Position numbers and translations under genes: made by a program. Below the pieces are notes generated by a model, which saw nothing but the letters and a program-made list of their open reading frames with translations, did not search any database and had not been told where the DNA came from. Positions 20,524 through 30,668 of a DNA stretch of 64,000 nucleotides are shown one piece after another (the stretch's first letter is position 1; each line of letters begins with the position of its first letter). The DNA is from Longimicrobiales bacterium (GTDB taxonomy: Bacteria > Gemmatimonadota > Gemmatimonadetes > Longimicrobiales > Gaopeijiaceae), in assembly GCA_965226375.1 (NCBI GenBank), contig CBDDCX010000006.1, forward strand, positions 192,001-256,000. The letters run 5' to 3'.

Positions 20524-22188
20524 ATGTGCCGTAGCCGACTCGCAGCCGCGACCCTCGCCGTCGCGCTGCTCACTCTCGTGCCGCTTCCGGGTGGGTTCCT
20601 GCCCGGGCCGACCGACGCTCGAGCCCAGTCCAGCGCCGTTCCGCTCTACGACGACCTGGGAGATCACCACTATTCGATCACCGCGAGTGACGCGGCGGTC
20701 CAAGCGTATTTCGACCAAGGGCTCCGGCTCTATTACGCGTTCAACCATGCCGAGGCGATTCGTGCCTTTCGCGAGGCGCAGCGTCTAGATCCCGACTGTG
20801 CCACGTGCTGGTGGGGAGAGGCGCTCGCCTGGGGTCCCAACATCAACCTGCCGATGGATGAGCCGTCGGCTCTGGCCGCATATGAGGCTATCAAGGGGGC
20901 CAAAGCCGCCGCGCCTCGGGGCGCCTCCGAGCGCGAGCGCGCCATGATCGCGGCGCTGGCGACTCGCTACGTCGCCGACCCGCCCGAGGGTCGGGCCTAC
21001 CTGGACCAGGCCTACGCCGATGCCATGCGGGACCTCGCCAAGCGGTATCCGGATGACCATGAGGTGTCCGTGTTGTACGGGGAGTCGCTCCTGGATCTTC
21101 GCCCATGGGACTACTGGACGGAGAGTGGAGAGCCCGAGCCTGGCATCGAAGACGTCGAGGCCGTGCTCGCCGAGAACGAGAACCATCCGGGGGCCTGCCA
21201 CTTCTTCATCCACACGGTCGAGAAGCTCTATCCGGAACGGGCTATCGCGTGTGCCGAGCGACTCGCGGGCCTCATGCCCGGAGCGGGCCATATCGTCCAC
21301 ATGCCGGGGCATATCTATATCCGAGTAGGTCGATATATCGAGGCCGTGGCCGCCAACGAACACGCGGTTCACGCCGACGAGACCTACATCCAGGACCAGC
21401 AGCCCGGCATGGGCATGTACACGGCCGGGTACTATCCGCACAACTACGACTTCCTGGCGTTCGCGGCCTCCATGATCGGGCGGAGCAAAGTCGCGATCCA
21501 TGCCGCCGACCAAGTGGCCGACCTCATCCCTGCCGACATGTTCGGAGAACCCGGGATGGCGTTCCTGGAGCACTGGTCCACCCGGCCGTTGCAGGTGCGG
21601 GTGCTCTTCGGGCGGTGGAGCGAGATTCTGGCGACACCTGCTCCGCCGGCCACTCGGGCTCACGCGCTCGGCCTCTGGCACTACGCTCGAGGGCGGGCTC
21701 TAGCGGCGACCGGAGACGTATCGGGTGCGCGCGAGCAGCTCGGCGCACTCGAGACCATCGCGGCGAGTCCTGAGCGGCAGGGAATCCGTATGGAATTCAA
21801 CCCCTCTGCCGACTTGCTCAACATCGCGGCAAGCGTGCTCTCAGGCTGGGTCGAGGCGGCGGACGGACAGTACGAACAGGCGATCGCCAAGCTCTCCGAA
21901 GCGGTCGACCGTGAAGGTGCGTTGCGGTACGGCGAGCCTCCCGAGTGGACGGTCCCCGTGCGGCACGATCTGGGCGCGGTGCTGTTGCTGGCCGGGCGTC
22001 CCGCTGAGGCCGAGAAGGTCTTTGGAGAGGCCTTGGACCAGTTCCCCGAGAACGGGTGGGCGCTCGACGGGCTCGCGCGAGCCCTGAAGGACCAGTCGCG
22101 CACGGCCGAGGCCAAAGAGGTGGCCGCTCGTTTCGAGCGTGTGTGGGCGACCGCGGACGTCGACCTGAACGAGGCGGGTCGGCCGTAG
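20524..22188 (+). CDS. Secreted TPR-repeat protein
   Basis: ATG after AAGGAGG; YFDQGL-YAFNH-EA, HPGACHFFIH, HMPGHIY motifs; helical repeats. Confidence 0.8.
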   Translation: MCRSRLAAATLAVALLTLVPLPGGFLPGPTDARAQSSAVPLYDDLGDHHYSITASDAAVQAYFDQGLRLYYAFNHAEAIRAFREAQRLDPDCATCWWGEALAWGPNINLPMDEPSALAAYEAIKGAKAAAPRGASERERAMIAALATRYVADPPEGRAYLDQAYADAMRDLAKRYPDDHEVSVLYGESLLDLRPWDYWTESGEPEPGIEDVEAVLAENENHPGACHFFIHTVEKLYPERAIACAERLAGLMPGAGHIVHMPGHIYIRVGRYIEAVAANEHAVHADETYIQDQQPGMGMYTAGYYPHNYDFLAFAASMIGRSKVAIHAADQVADLIPADMFGEPGMAFLEHWSTRPLQVRVLFGRWSEILATPAPPATRAHALGLWHYARGRALAATGDVSGAREQLGALETIAASPERQGIRMEFNPSADLLNIAASVLSGWVEAADGQYEQAIAKLSEAVDREGALRYGEPPEWTVPVRHDLGAVLLLAGRPAEAEKVFGEALDQFPENGWALDGLARALKDQSRTAEAKEVAARFERVWATADVDLNEAGRP

Positions 22189-22191
22189 GGC

Positions 22192-22635
22192 CTACATTCC
22201 GGCCAGAATTTCTGCCGGCTCGTGGTCGAACGGGCTGATGATCGTCAGCCCGTCGATCACCTGGCCGGCCTGCAAGTCCTCGGTGAGAAGATACCGGGCT
22301 CCCGAGTGGAGGGCCGACGTCACGATCAGCGCGTCCCACCACGAGTAGCCGTAGCGGTCCTGGATGTCCCAGGCCGTCTCGAGCGTGCGGTGGTCGATCG
22401 CCTCCGGCTTCCAAGCGCGCAGTGCCATGACGTCGTCGCGGGCGTCTTCCGTCTTTCGGGGCGGGTCGAGCTTGGCTGTGAGGGTTACGTAGTACTCCTG
22501 GAGCACCTGAAAGCTGAGCCTGCCCAGACCCGTCTCCCAGAGACTGCCGATCCATTCGGCCGCCCGTCGCTGCTTTTCGGCCTCACTCAGGTCGCGAGCG
22601 TAGACGAGTACGTTCGTGTCAACGAAGATCGACAC
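22192..22635 (-). CDS. vapC: PIN-domain (VapC-like) toxin
   Basis: FVDTNVLVYA, QVLQE, SWWDALI, LLTEDLQ; GTG start overlapping antitoxin end. Confidence 0.85.
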   Translation of the reverse strand: MSIFVDTNVLVYARDLSEAEKQRRAAEWIGSLWETGLGRLSFQVLQEYYVTLTAKLDPPRKTEDARDDVMALRAWKPEAIDHRTLETAWDIQDRYGYSWWDALIVTSALHSGARYLLTEDLQAGQVIDGLTIISPFDHEPAEILAGM

Positions 22636-22873
22636 GGTCGTGCAGCTCCTCCCTGGTGGGGAGGGACTGACCCTCACAACGGTGAATTCCGGGCTCCTGA
22701 GCCAGGTACATCTGCTTGGCTGAGTCGTACTGGGCCTCGTGAAGCATCTCGGATCGGAGCAGCTCTCCCAGGAGCTTCGACACCGACGTATCCTGGCGAG
22801 CCGCTTCCACTCTGGCCCACCGGGCGGTCTCCTCGTCCAGGGTAACCGTGACGTTCCGGAGCTTTCTAGACAT
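22619..22873 (-). CDS. Ribbon-helix-helix (CopG-like) antitoxin
   Basis: RNVTVTLDEETARWARVEAA...SVSKLLGELL; ends TREELHDR; directly upstream of PIN gene. Confidence 0.8.
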   Translation of the reverse strand: MSRKLRNVTVTLDEETARWARVEAARQDTSVSKLLGELLRSEMLHEAQYDSAKQMYLAQEPGIHRCEGQSLPTREELHDRVDLR

Positions 22874-22908
22874 GACACGAATATCGTGTAACACGAACTT
22901 TGTGTCAA
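22874..22908 (-). promoter_or_regulatory. TA promoter with overlapping operator repeats
   Basis: Minus strand TTGACA-17-GATATT-6-ATG; two ACAC...GTGT inverted repeats. Confidence 0.6.
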
Positions 22909-23043
22909 CCGTCGCTCGACATAGGCTGCCTGGTCCGTAACAGGTAGGCTTACTTGCCCCTATCGAGTTGCGATGGCCCCGAGCACACCCTGTCGGTATG
23001 ATGCGACCAAGCCACTGCCGATGTGACCCGAGGAGAATCGCCC

Positions 23044-23967
23044 ATGTGCAACTTCAGCAACGACGAAGACCAGTTCGGCTTCATCGTCGACACCCCCGAG
23101 ATCCGTGAGCTGGTCGAGGAGACGCGTCGGCTGACGCGTGAAATCACGAGTGACGCCGAGCGGGTGGAAGCCCTCCAGCCCGCGTTCGCCAAGCTGCTCT
23201 CCGCTGACGGGTGGCTGCCCGAGGAGTACGGGTCGCCCGACCACGAGAGCGGCATGGGCGGCGGCATCGGGCAGTACGCGCTGTACCGGGCCGAAGACGG
23301 GTCGCTTTGCCTCTTCTCGCTGGTCATCCCTGCCGGCTCGTCTACGCCCGTGCACGATCACCTGGCGTGGGGGCTGATCGGGGTATACCGCGGCGAACAG
23401 TTCGAGACGATCTACGAGCGTCTCGACGACGGGAGTGACGAAGACCGGGCGGACCTCCAGCCCGCCAAGGAGCTGCACGTGAAGCAGGGTGAGTTCTACA
23501 CGCTGCTGCCGCCGGTCGACGACATCCACTACGTCACCACCGTCTCGGACACGGCGTCGGTGTCGATCCATCTTCTGGCCAACGACACGGCCTGTGTCTG
23601 GCGCCACAAGTTCGAGCCCGACGAGGGCACGGTCCAGTCGTTCCGGTCGGGGTACAGCAACGCGCCTTGTCCGCCCGAGGAGGCGGAGTCGGCCGGACCG
23701 CGGGCGGAGGCGTTCGTCACCTCGCTGGCGTCGGTTACGCTTCGGAGCGAGGCGTTCACGTTGAGCCCCGAAGGGTCGGACACGATCGAGCCCGTAAGCA
23801 ACAGTCCGGCTCCGAGGGTGCGGGCAGTGCTCTCCGCGGCGCCGCTCGGATCGGCACCGGCACGATCCTGCCAAATGGCGTTGGAGGCTGCCGGGTCCAC
23901 CGCTCGTGGGCCTACGTCCCCCGTGAGTCTCGCGGCCAGGAGATCCACGATGCCGTCGCCAAGGTAG
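23044..23967 (+). CDS. Cysteine dioxygenase-like cupin (thiol dioxygenase); native stop apparently lost near 23690
   Basis: PVHDH...DIH His triad, SIH motif; last ~90 aa are antisense to the kinase gene. Confidence 0.75.
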   Translation: MCNFSNDEDQFGFIVDTPEIRELVEETRRLTREITSDAERVEALQPAFAKLLSADGWLPEEYGSPDHESGMGGGIGQYALYRAEDGSLCLFSLVIPAGSSTPVHDHLAWGLIGVYRGEQFETIYERLDDGSDEDRADLQPAKELHVKQGEFYTLLPPVDDIHYVTTVSDTASVSIHLLANDTACVWRHKFEPDEGTVQSFRSGYSNAPCPPEEAESAGPRAEAFVTSLASVTLRSEAFTLSPEGSDTIEPVSNSPAPRVRAVLSAAPLGSAPARSCQMALEAAGSTARGPTSPVSLAARRSTMPSPR

Positions 23968-25054
23968 GAGAGGTTCTCCGGACCGCTGAATCGGAACGGC
24001 ATGATCGCCACGACGTCGGGATCGAGCTCTTGGCCGTCCGCCGTGGCCGCGGATCGCGGACCGGCGCCGGAGCGCATCTGCGTAACGCCAAACGCTGCCG
24101 CAACGATCACAGCGGCCGCTACGCCCAACTTGGCCGGAGTGAACATGCTCCGGGTCCCCGTGGTCGCAGACACAGACACCGGCACCGTGTCCGTGGGTGT
24201 CATCCCTCCGCTCGGCGTGGCCAGCGCCTCCAGGTGCCCGAGCATCTCCTCCGCGCTCTGCCAGCGATCGGCCGGTTTCTTCTCGAGACACCGCATTACC
24301 AGATGGGCCAAGGCGGGGGGAACCGTCTCGCGGTGCGTCGTGACGGGCTCGGGAGCCTGGGTGACGTGCGCCATGAGCATCACCTGGGGGCTTCTTCCTG
24401 CAAAGGGAGAGGCTCCTGCGAGCAATTCGTAGGCCATGGCCCCGAGGGCGTAGATGTCCGCCCGGTGATCGATGTTCTCCGAAGCTTCCGCTTGCTCGGG
24501 CGCCATGTAGGCGGGTGTCCCCAGGGCCACACCGATGGTCGTGAGCTGATGCCTTCCGGTGGCTTCGCTCACGGCCTTGGCCACGCCGAAGTCGGTCACC
24601 AGAGCGTGGCGACCGCTGAGCATGACATTGTCGGGCTTGATGTCGCGGTGGACCACCCCTTGGTCGTGTGCGTGCGCCAGCGCGTCGACCACGTCTCGGA
24701 GAATCCGAACGGCCTCGCCGATGGGAGCTCCCCCTCGCGAACGATCCGGTCCCTGAGTGACTCTCCGTCGATATACGGCAGAACGTAGAACAGGAATCCG
24801 TCGGCCTCCCCCGAGTCGTGTAGCGGCAGGATGTGGGGGTGGGTCAGGCCGGCCGCGATCTCGATTTCCTTGAGAAACCGCTCAGGCCCCAGCGTGGCGG
24901 CGAGGTCAGGCCGGAGGACCTTGAGGGCCACCTTGCGGTGATGCCGACTGTCCTCGGCCAGGTACACCGTGGCCATCCCGCCCGCACCGAGCTCGCGCTC
25001 GACGGAGTAACGGCCCTCCAGGGCCGCGTTCAGGCGGGTGATGGGATCGGACAT
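23686..25054 (-). pseudogene. Ser/Thr protein kinase (Hanks type) with TM and TolB-N-like region; frameshifted near 24723 and 3'-truncated
   Basis: LGAGGMATV, VALK in one frame; HRDIKPDN, DFG, GTPAYMAPE in another; one C missing in CTCCC(C)ATC. Confidence 0.85.
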
Positions 25055-25231
25055 GGCTCGTCAGCGACTCACTGAGGCAGTTCGCAGTCTCATTGATGCG
25101 GGTCGACCACCATGGCCAAGATGCGGGTGACTCGGGCCGGACCACAAGCCACGGATGCCTTCGTTACGCGGAACCTGCTTGCCCACGCCGGGGTTTGAAG
25201 TCAGGAGGGCAGGGCGGGACTTTTTTTTTCG

Positions 25232-26101
25232 ATGTACGTTGGAGAAGCGCCTGTGAGAAGTACGGGGTACGTGGCCGGCGGCGGCTTGAATCTCAGCTAT
25301 CAGCTCACTCCGTGGGTGAAAAAGCTGCTGATTGCCAACACCGTAGCGTTCCTCATTACCTGGATCGTCGGGCGCGACTTCATTTTCAGCTGGTTCTCCT
25401 TCCAGCCCTCCGAGATGCTGTTCCGCCCGTGGGGCGCCGTGACTTATATGTTCCTGCACGGCGATTTCATGCACCTCTTCATGAACATGCTGGTGCTGTT
25501 CTTCTTCGGCCCTCCCCTCGAGTCCAAGTGGGGATCCCAGGAGTTCATCAAGTACTACATGATCTGCGGGCTCGGAGGCGTCGCTCTCAGCTTCTTCTTC
25601 GTCTCCTACTCCATCATCGGCGCGTCGGCGGCGGTCTACGGTGTCATGATGGCCTTCGCCATGGCGTGGCCCGAGGCACCCATCTACGTCTGGGGCATCT
25701 TTCCGGTCAAGGCCAAATGGCTGGTGGCGTTCTTCTTCCTGATCACGTTTACGAGTGCCTTCGGGGGGGCGGACGGCGGTGTGGCGCACTTCGCCCACCT
25801 GGGCGGCTTCATCACCGGGTTCCTCTACCTGAAGACCGACTGGAAGGCGGCCGAGAAGATTCAGAAGATGGGCAGGGCCGCCCGCGCCAGACGCTTCGCC
25901 ATTGTCCCCCGGGACGACCATGAGAAGGAGGCCGGTGGCGGCCGTCGAGGCCGTGACCTGGAGGCTGAGGCAAGAGAGAACACGATGTTGGATGCGGTCG
26001 ACAGGGTCCTGGACAAGATCTCTGCCGAAGGGATGAGTGCGCTCACCGAAGACGAGAGAAAGCTCCTCGATGAGGTCTCCAAGAAACACCGCACGAACTG
26101 A
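25232..26101 (+). CDS. Rhomboid intramembrane serine protease
   Basis: TYMFLH, HLFMNM, GASAA, AHFAHLGG; C-terminal VDRVLDKIS tail. Confidence 0.9.
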   Translation: MYVGEAPVRSTGYVAGGGLNLSYQLTPWVKKLLIANTVAFLITWIVGRDFIFSWFSFQPSEMLFRPWGAVTYMFLHGDFMHLFMNMLVLFFFGPPLESKWGSQEFIKYYMICGLGGVALSFFFVSYSIIGASAAVYGVMMAFAMAWPEAPIYVWGIFPVKAKWLVAFFFLITFTSAFGGADGGVAHFAHLGGFITGFLYLKTDWKAAEKIQKMGRAARARRFAIVPRDDHEKEAGGGRRGRDLEAEARENTMLDAVDRVLDKISAEGMSALTEDERKLLDEVSKKHRTN

Positions 26102-26298
26102 ACGGGCTCCACCCGATCAGCCAGGTCTCGCCCTCCGAGACCGATAACACCACTCGATTCCGCTTCTAAAGGCCGAGTCCAGTCTAGACGAGTCAGGCCC
26201 TCCGGTCTACAATCATCGTCCCCCAAAAAAGACGGCACCAAGAGAACCAGACGAGACACATACAGACCAGTCGACAGACATACAGATAGGAGGTGTTT

Positions 26299-28398
26299 AT
26301 GGCGTCCGCCAAGGAGTATACAACGGACAACATCAGGAACGTCGTGGTTCTGGGCCACGGCGGAGCCGGCAAGACGAGCCTGATCGATTCGCTGTGCTGG
26401 ACGGCGGGTACGTCCAAGCGGAAGGGCAACGTGAGCGAGGGTCATGCCCTGACCATGTTCACCCCGGAAGAGGCGACCCACGAGATGTCCCTGCAGTGCA
26501 CGCCGGCGTACTGCGAGCATATGGGCGTCAAGATCAACCTCCTCGACACACCCGGATTCATGGATTTCGTGGGCGAGACCCTGTCTGCTGTCCGCGTCGC
26601 CGACTCCGCGGTCATTGTAGTCGGCGCCACCTCCGGCGTTGAGGTGGGCACCGAGACCGTCTGGGAGTACGTGGAGGACCGGGGCATTCCCCGGTTCTTT
26701 TTTGTGTCGATGATGGATAAGGACATGGCTTCCTTCGACAAGGTCTACGCCGAGATCAAGTCGCGGCTGACCGAGAAGGTCATTCCCGTCGAGATTCCGA
26801 TCGGCGAGGGCGCTGACTTCCGCGGCATCATCAACCTCTTCAGCGAGCGGGCCCACATCTACAAGAAGGGTACCGAGACGGGTGAGTACGAAGAGGCGGA
26901 CATTCCCGAGGAGCTTCAGGCAAAGTTCGAGGAGTGGGAGACCGAGCTACAGGAGACGTTGGCCACCACCAACGAAGATCTCCTCGAGCGTTACCTGGAG
27001 GGAGAGAAGATCTCCCGAGAAGAGGCCATCGAGGCGATGGCTCTGGGTATGGCGCGTGGTGACGTGGTGCCGCTCTTCTGCGGCTCCTCCGAGCACTCGT
27101 ACGGCATGCGGGCACTGCTCAAGAAGATCGTGGAGTTGTGCCCCAGCCCGGCCGAAACAGGCGGCGAGAACGCCAAGCGGGCCGGCATGGACGAAGAGAT
27201 CCATCTGGCCCCCTCCGACGACGAAACCTTCTCGGCGCTCATCTTCAAGACGGCGGCCGAGCCCCACGTGGGCGAGCTCTCCTTTTTCCGGGTGGTGAGC
27301 GGGACCGTGGCCAATGGGTCCGAGGTCCTGAACGGAGAGCGTGGAACCACAGAGAAGCTGAACCATCTCTCCATCGCCATGGGTAAGGACCGCTTCGAGG
27401 TCGCGAAGCTGCATGCCGGCGACATAGGGGTGGTGGCCAAGCTCAAGCACTCTCACACCAACGACACGCTGACCTCTCCGTCGCGTCCCGTGGTGCTCGA
27501 GAAGATCGACCTTCCCAAGCCCGAAATCGCGGTTGCGATCAAGGGCACGGCCAGGCACGACGAAGACAAGCTGGGCGAGGTCCTGCCGAAGCTCCACGAA
27601 GAGGACCCGACCTTCGTGGCCGAGTTCGACTCGGAGCTTCATCAGACCATCGCCCGAGGGCTCGGTGAACTCCATCTCGACGTCCAGATCGAGCGCATGA
27701 AGCGCAAATACGGGGTGTCCGTGGAGATTGAGCAGCCCAAGATCGCCTACCGTGAGACCATCACGAAGGGCGCCCAGGGCCGGGGCCGGCACAAGAAGCA
27801 GTCGGGCGGCCGTGGTCAGTTCGGCGACTGCCACATCCGCCTGAAACCTCGTGCGTCGGGTGAAGGCTACGAGTTCAAGAACTCCATCAAGGGCGGCGTC
27901 ATTCCCGGCAAGTTCATACCGAGTGTCGACAGAGGCATCCGGGAGGCCGCGGCGAAGGGTGTCCTTGCCGGTTTCAAGCTGGTCGACTTCGAGGCGGAGT
28001 GCTACGACGGCTCCTACCACTCGGTCGATTCCAGCGACATCGCCTTCAAGCTGGCCGGATCCGCAGCCTTCAAGAACGTGGCGGCGGACTGCGGCCCGGT
28101 CATCCTCGAGCCTATCGTCGAGGTGGCGGTGACGACCCCCGACGACTACGTGGGCGACATCATGAGCGACATGAACCAGCGTCGCGGCAAGGTCCTGGGG
28201 ATGGATCCCGTGGATGGCCGCACTACCGTGAAGGCGCTCGTACCCGAGTCGGAGTTGTACAAGTACGCGACGTCACTCCGGGCCATCACGCAGGGCAGGG
28301 CGCATCATACGCGGACGTTTTCCGGGTATGAGCCGGTGCCGCCGCATGAGGTGTCCAAGGTGATCAAGGCCACGAAGGAGGAAGCGGAAGCGCACTGA
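26299..28398 (+). CDS. fusA: Elongation factor G paralog (EF-G2 type)
   Basis: GHGGAGKT, DTPG, KKQSGGRGQFG, DGSYHSVDS; lacks RGITI switch I (has HEMSL); not in str operon. Confidence 0.9.
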   Translation: MASAKEYTTDNIRNVVVLGHGGAGKTSLIDSLCWTAGTSKRKGNVSEGHALTMFTPEEATHEMSLQCTPAYCEHMGVKINLLDTPGFMDFVGETLSAVRVADSAVIVVGATSGVEVGTETVWEYVEDRGIPRFFFVSMMDKDMASFDKVYAEIKSRLTEKVIPVEIPIGEGADFRGIINLFSERAHIYKKGTETGEYEEADIPEELQAKFEEWETELQETLATTNEDLLERYLEGEKISREEAIEAMALGMARGDVVPLFCGSSEHSYGMRALLKKIVELCPSPAETGGENAKRAGMDEEIHLAPSDDETFSALIFKTAAEPHVGELSFFRVVSGTVANGSEVLNGERGTTEKLNHLSIAMGKDRFEVAKLHAGDIGVVAKLKHSHTNDTLTSPSRPVVLEKIDLPKPEIAVAIKGTARHDEDKLGEVLPKLHEEDPTFVAEFDSELHQTIARGLGELHLDVQIERMKRKYGVSVEIEQPKIAYRETITKGAQGRGRHKKQSGGRGQFGDCHIRLKPRASGEGYEFKNSIKGGVIPGKFIPSVDRGIREAAAKGVLAGFKLVDFEAECYDGSYHSVDSSDIAFKLAGSAAFKNVAADCGPVILEPIVEVAVTTPDDYVGDIMSDMNQRRGKVLGMDPVDGRTTVKALVPESELYKYATSLRAITQGRAHHTRTFSGYEPVPPHEVSKVIKATKEEAEAH

Positions 28399-28401
28399 GC
28401 C

Positions 28402-28480
28402 GGAGGAGGAGGCCACTCGCTCCGCGCTCCTGCAATCTGGGGATTGAATAGTCGCTGCGGAGCGAGTGGCCTCCTCCTCC
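28402..28480. repeat. 24-bp perfect inverted repeat with 31-nt loop (terminator or REP-like)
   Basis: GGAGGAGGAGGCCACTCGCTCCGC (28402-28425) / GCGGAGCGAGTGGCCTCCTCCTCC (28457-28480). Confidence 0.85.
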
Positions 28481-28626
28481 CTCGGGGGCGGGGCGATTGT
28501 TGCCGAGGGGCTTGGCCTCTTCATTGCGTTTTAGGGCGAGCTTGGGCGGGCTGAGATGCCGTCCGGCTTGAGTTTCCTTACTTTTACGACGACCCCACAT
28601 GATGGTACGTAGGCTGGAGGAGTGTA

Positions 28627-29376
28627 GTGTCCGGACATAGCAAGTGGTCTACGATCAAGCGCAAGAAGGCGGCGACGGACGCCAAGCGCGGGAAGATGTT
28701 CACCAAGCTGATCCGTGAGATCACGGTGGCGGCGCGCGACGGTGGGGGAGACCCCAACTTCAACCCGCGCCTGCGGCTGGCGGTGGACAACGCCAAGGCG
28801 GGCAACATGCCGTCGGACAACGTCACCCGGGCCATCAAGAAGGGTACGGGCGAGATCGAGGGTGTGGTCTACGAAGAGGTGACCTACGAGGGCTACGGCC
28901 CCGGCGGTGTGGCGCTCTACATCGACTGCCTCACCGACAACCAGAACCGGACCGTAGCCGACGTGCGCCACATCCTGACCAATCTGGGCGGGAGTCTGGG
29001 GACTACGGGCTCCGTGGCGTGGCAGTTCGCCCGGAAGGGTATGATCTACGTCGACGCGAGTCGCTTTACGGAAGACACCGTCTTCGAGGCGGCGATCGAG
29101 GTCGGCGCCGACGACGTGAGCAACGACGGGGAAGAATTCGTGGTGACCACCGAGGCCACCGCGTTCCATGAGGTGCAGGAGGGCTTGAAGGCCGCGGGAG
29201 TCGATTTCGAGCGGGCCGAGTTGCAGTGGGTGCCCCAGAACGAGGTGAAGGTCGAGGGCAAGGATGCGGAGAAGCTCATCCGGGTCGTGGACGCCCTCGA
29301 GGACTGCGACGACGTCCAGCAGGTCTCGTCCAACGGCGACATCGACGAAGAGATTCTCGCTCAGGCGATGGGGTAG
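28627..29376 (+). CDS. yebC: YebC/PmpR-family protein
   Basis: MSGHSKWSTIKRKK, YEGYGPGG, DNQNRT. Confidence 0.95.
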   Translation: MSGHSKWSTIKRKKAATDAKRGKMFTKLIREITVAARDGGGDPNFNPRLRLAVDNAKAGNMPSDNVTRAIKKGTGEIEGVVYEEVTYEGYGPGGVALYIDCLTDNQNRTVADVRHILTNLGGSLGTTGSVAWQFARKGMIYVDASRFTEDTVFEAAIEVGADDVSNDGEEFVVTTEATAFHEVQEGLKAAGVDFERAELQWVPQNEVKVEGKDAEKLIRVVDALEDCDDVQQVSSNGDIDEEILAQAMG

Positions 29377-29408
29377 GACACCACTACATGCCTATTGAAG
29401 GAGGATAG

Positions 29409-29900
29409 GTGGGCGCCGCACTCATACTGGGAATCGATCCGGGTACAGCCATCACGGGCTACGGCGTTGTCGCCAAGACGGGCGGCAACGCCGTTTCGTT
29501 GGTGGAATGCGGGGTGGTGAGGACCTCGGCCGGGGAGCCGCTCGCGGTTCGTATCATGGAGATCTTCAACGAGGTCTGTGAGCTTATTGACCGCCATAAT
29601 CCGTTGGTCATGGTGGTGGAGGACGTCTTCCAGGGGAAGAACGTGAAGAGCGCCCTCACCCTGGGACATGCCCGGGGAGCTATTCTCCTGGCCGGTGCGC
29701 TCCGAGAGATTCAGATCGCGGAGTACACACCCAGGGAGATCAAGAAGGCCGTGGTGGGAAACGGAAACGCAAGCAAGGACCAGGTGGCATTCATGGTGCA
29801 GCAACAGCTCAGACTGAAGACGCCTCCTTCGCCGGCCGACGCGGCCGACGGCGTGGCCGCCGCGCTGTGCTACTGCGTGATGGGAGCGCTGAGGGTATGA
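29409..29900 (+). CDS. ruvC: Holliday junction resolvase RuvC
   Basis: ILGIDPG, VVED, LGHARG, KKAVVGNGNASKDQV, DAADGVA. Confidence 0.95.
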   Translation: MGAALILGIDPGTAITGYGVVAKTGGNAVSLVECGVVRTSAGEPLAVRIMEIFNEVCELIDRHNPLVMVVEDVFQGKNVKSALTLGHARGAILLAGALREIQIAEYTPREIKKAVVGNGNASKDQVAFMVQQQLRLKTPPSPADAADGVAAALCYCVMGALRV

Positions 29901-29976
29901 GCGCGCTGCGGGCGGGTTCGTACGTAGTGACGCGGGCGGGCCGTCGCATGTGCCAACGAGACAATGGGGTGCGTCC

Positions 29977-30567
29977 ATGATCAGCCGTCTCAAGGGGACG
30001 CTCGTCACCCGGGAGCTAGACCACATCGAGGTCGAGACCGCCGGGGGCGTGGTCTACCTGGTGCAGATCCCGCTCTCGATCCTGGAGCGGCTGCCCAAGC
30101 CGCCCGCCGCCGACTTCGAGATCCGCACGCTCCAGGTGGTTCGCGAGGACTCGCTCACGCTCTACGGCTTCATGGAGGCCTACGAGCGGGAGTTGTTCAG
30201 GCGGCTCCTGGGAGCCAAAGGGGTGGGACCGAGTATGGCTCTGGCCATGCTCTCCACATATTCGGCCCGCCGTCTCGCCAAGGCCCTGGCCGAGAAGGAC
30301 GTACCCGCGCTCACGCAGGTGAGCGGGGTAGGCAAGAAGACCGCCGAGCGCATCATCCTGGAACTCTCCGACAAGGTGGAGGACCTGGCAATCGGTCCCG
30401 AGGGTGAGCCGGGAGGACCCGCGCCCGGGGTGCAGGAGGCCGTGGCCGCCCTGGTGGCGTTGGGATACACCTTCGTGGACGCCGATGCGGCGGTTCGGGC
30501 GGCACTGGCCGAGGGCGAAGTCGAGAACACCGACGAGCTGATCCGCCGGGCTCTGGCGAAGCGCTGA
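29977..30567 (+). CDS. ruvA: Holliday junction DNA-binding subunit RuvA
   Basis: MISRLKG, VREDSLTLYGF, GVGP, GVGKKTAERI, ALVALGY. Confidence 0.95.
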   Translation: MISRLKGTLVTRELDHIEVETAGGVVYLVQIPLSILERLPKPPAADFEIRTLQVVREDSLTLYGFMEAYERELFRRLLGAKGVGPSMALAMLSTYSARRLAKALAEKDVPALTQVSGVGKKTAERIILELSDKVEDLAIGPEGEPGGPAPGVQEAVAALVALGYTFVDADAAVRAALAEGEVENTDELIRRALAKR

Positions 30568-30668
30568 TCATGGTCTTACCGAGTCCGTGAAGGAAGCGAC
30601 GATCCAGGCCCGGGGTATCATCCAGGCAGAGCTGCGGGCCAGAGACGGCGGACCATGACCGAGGCACC

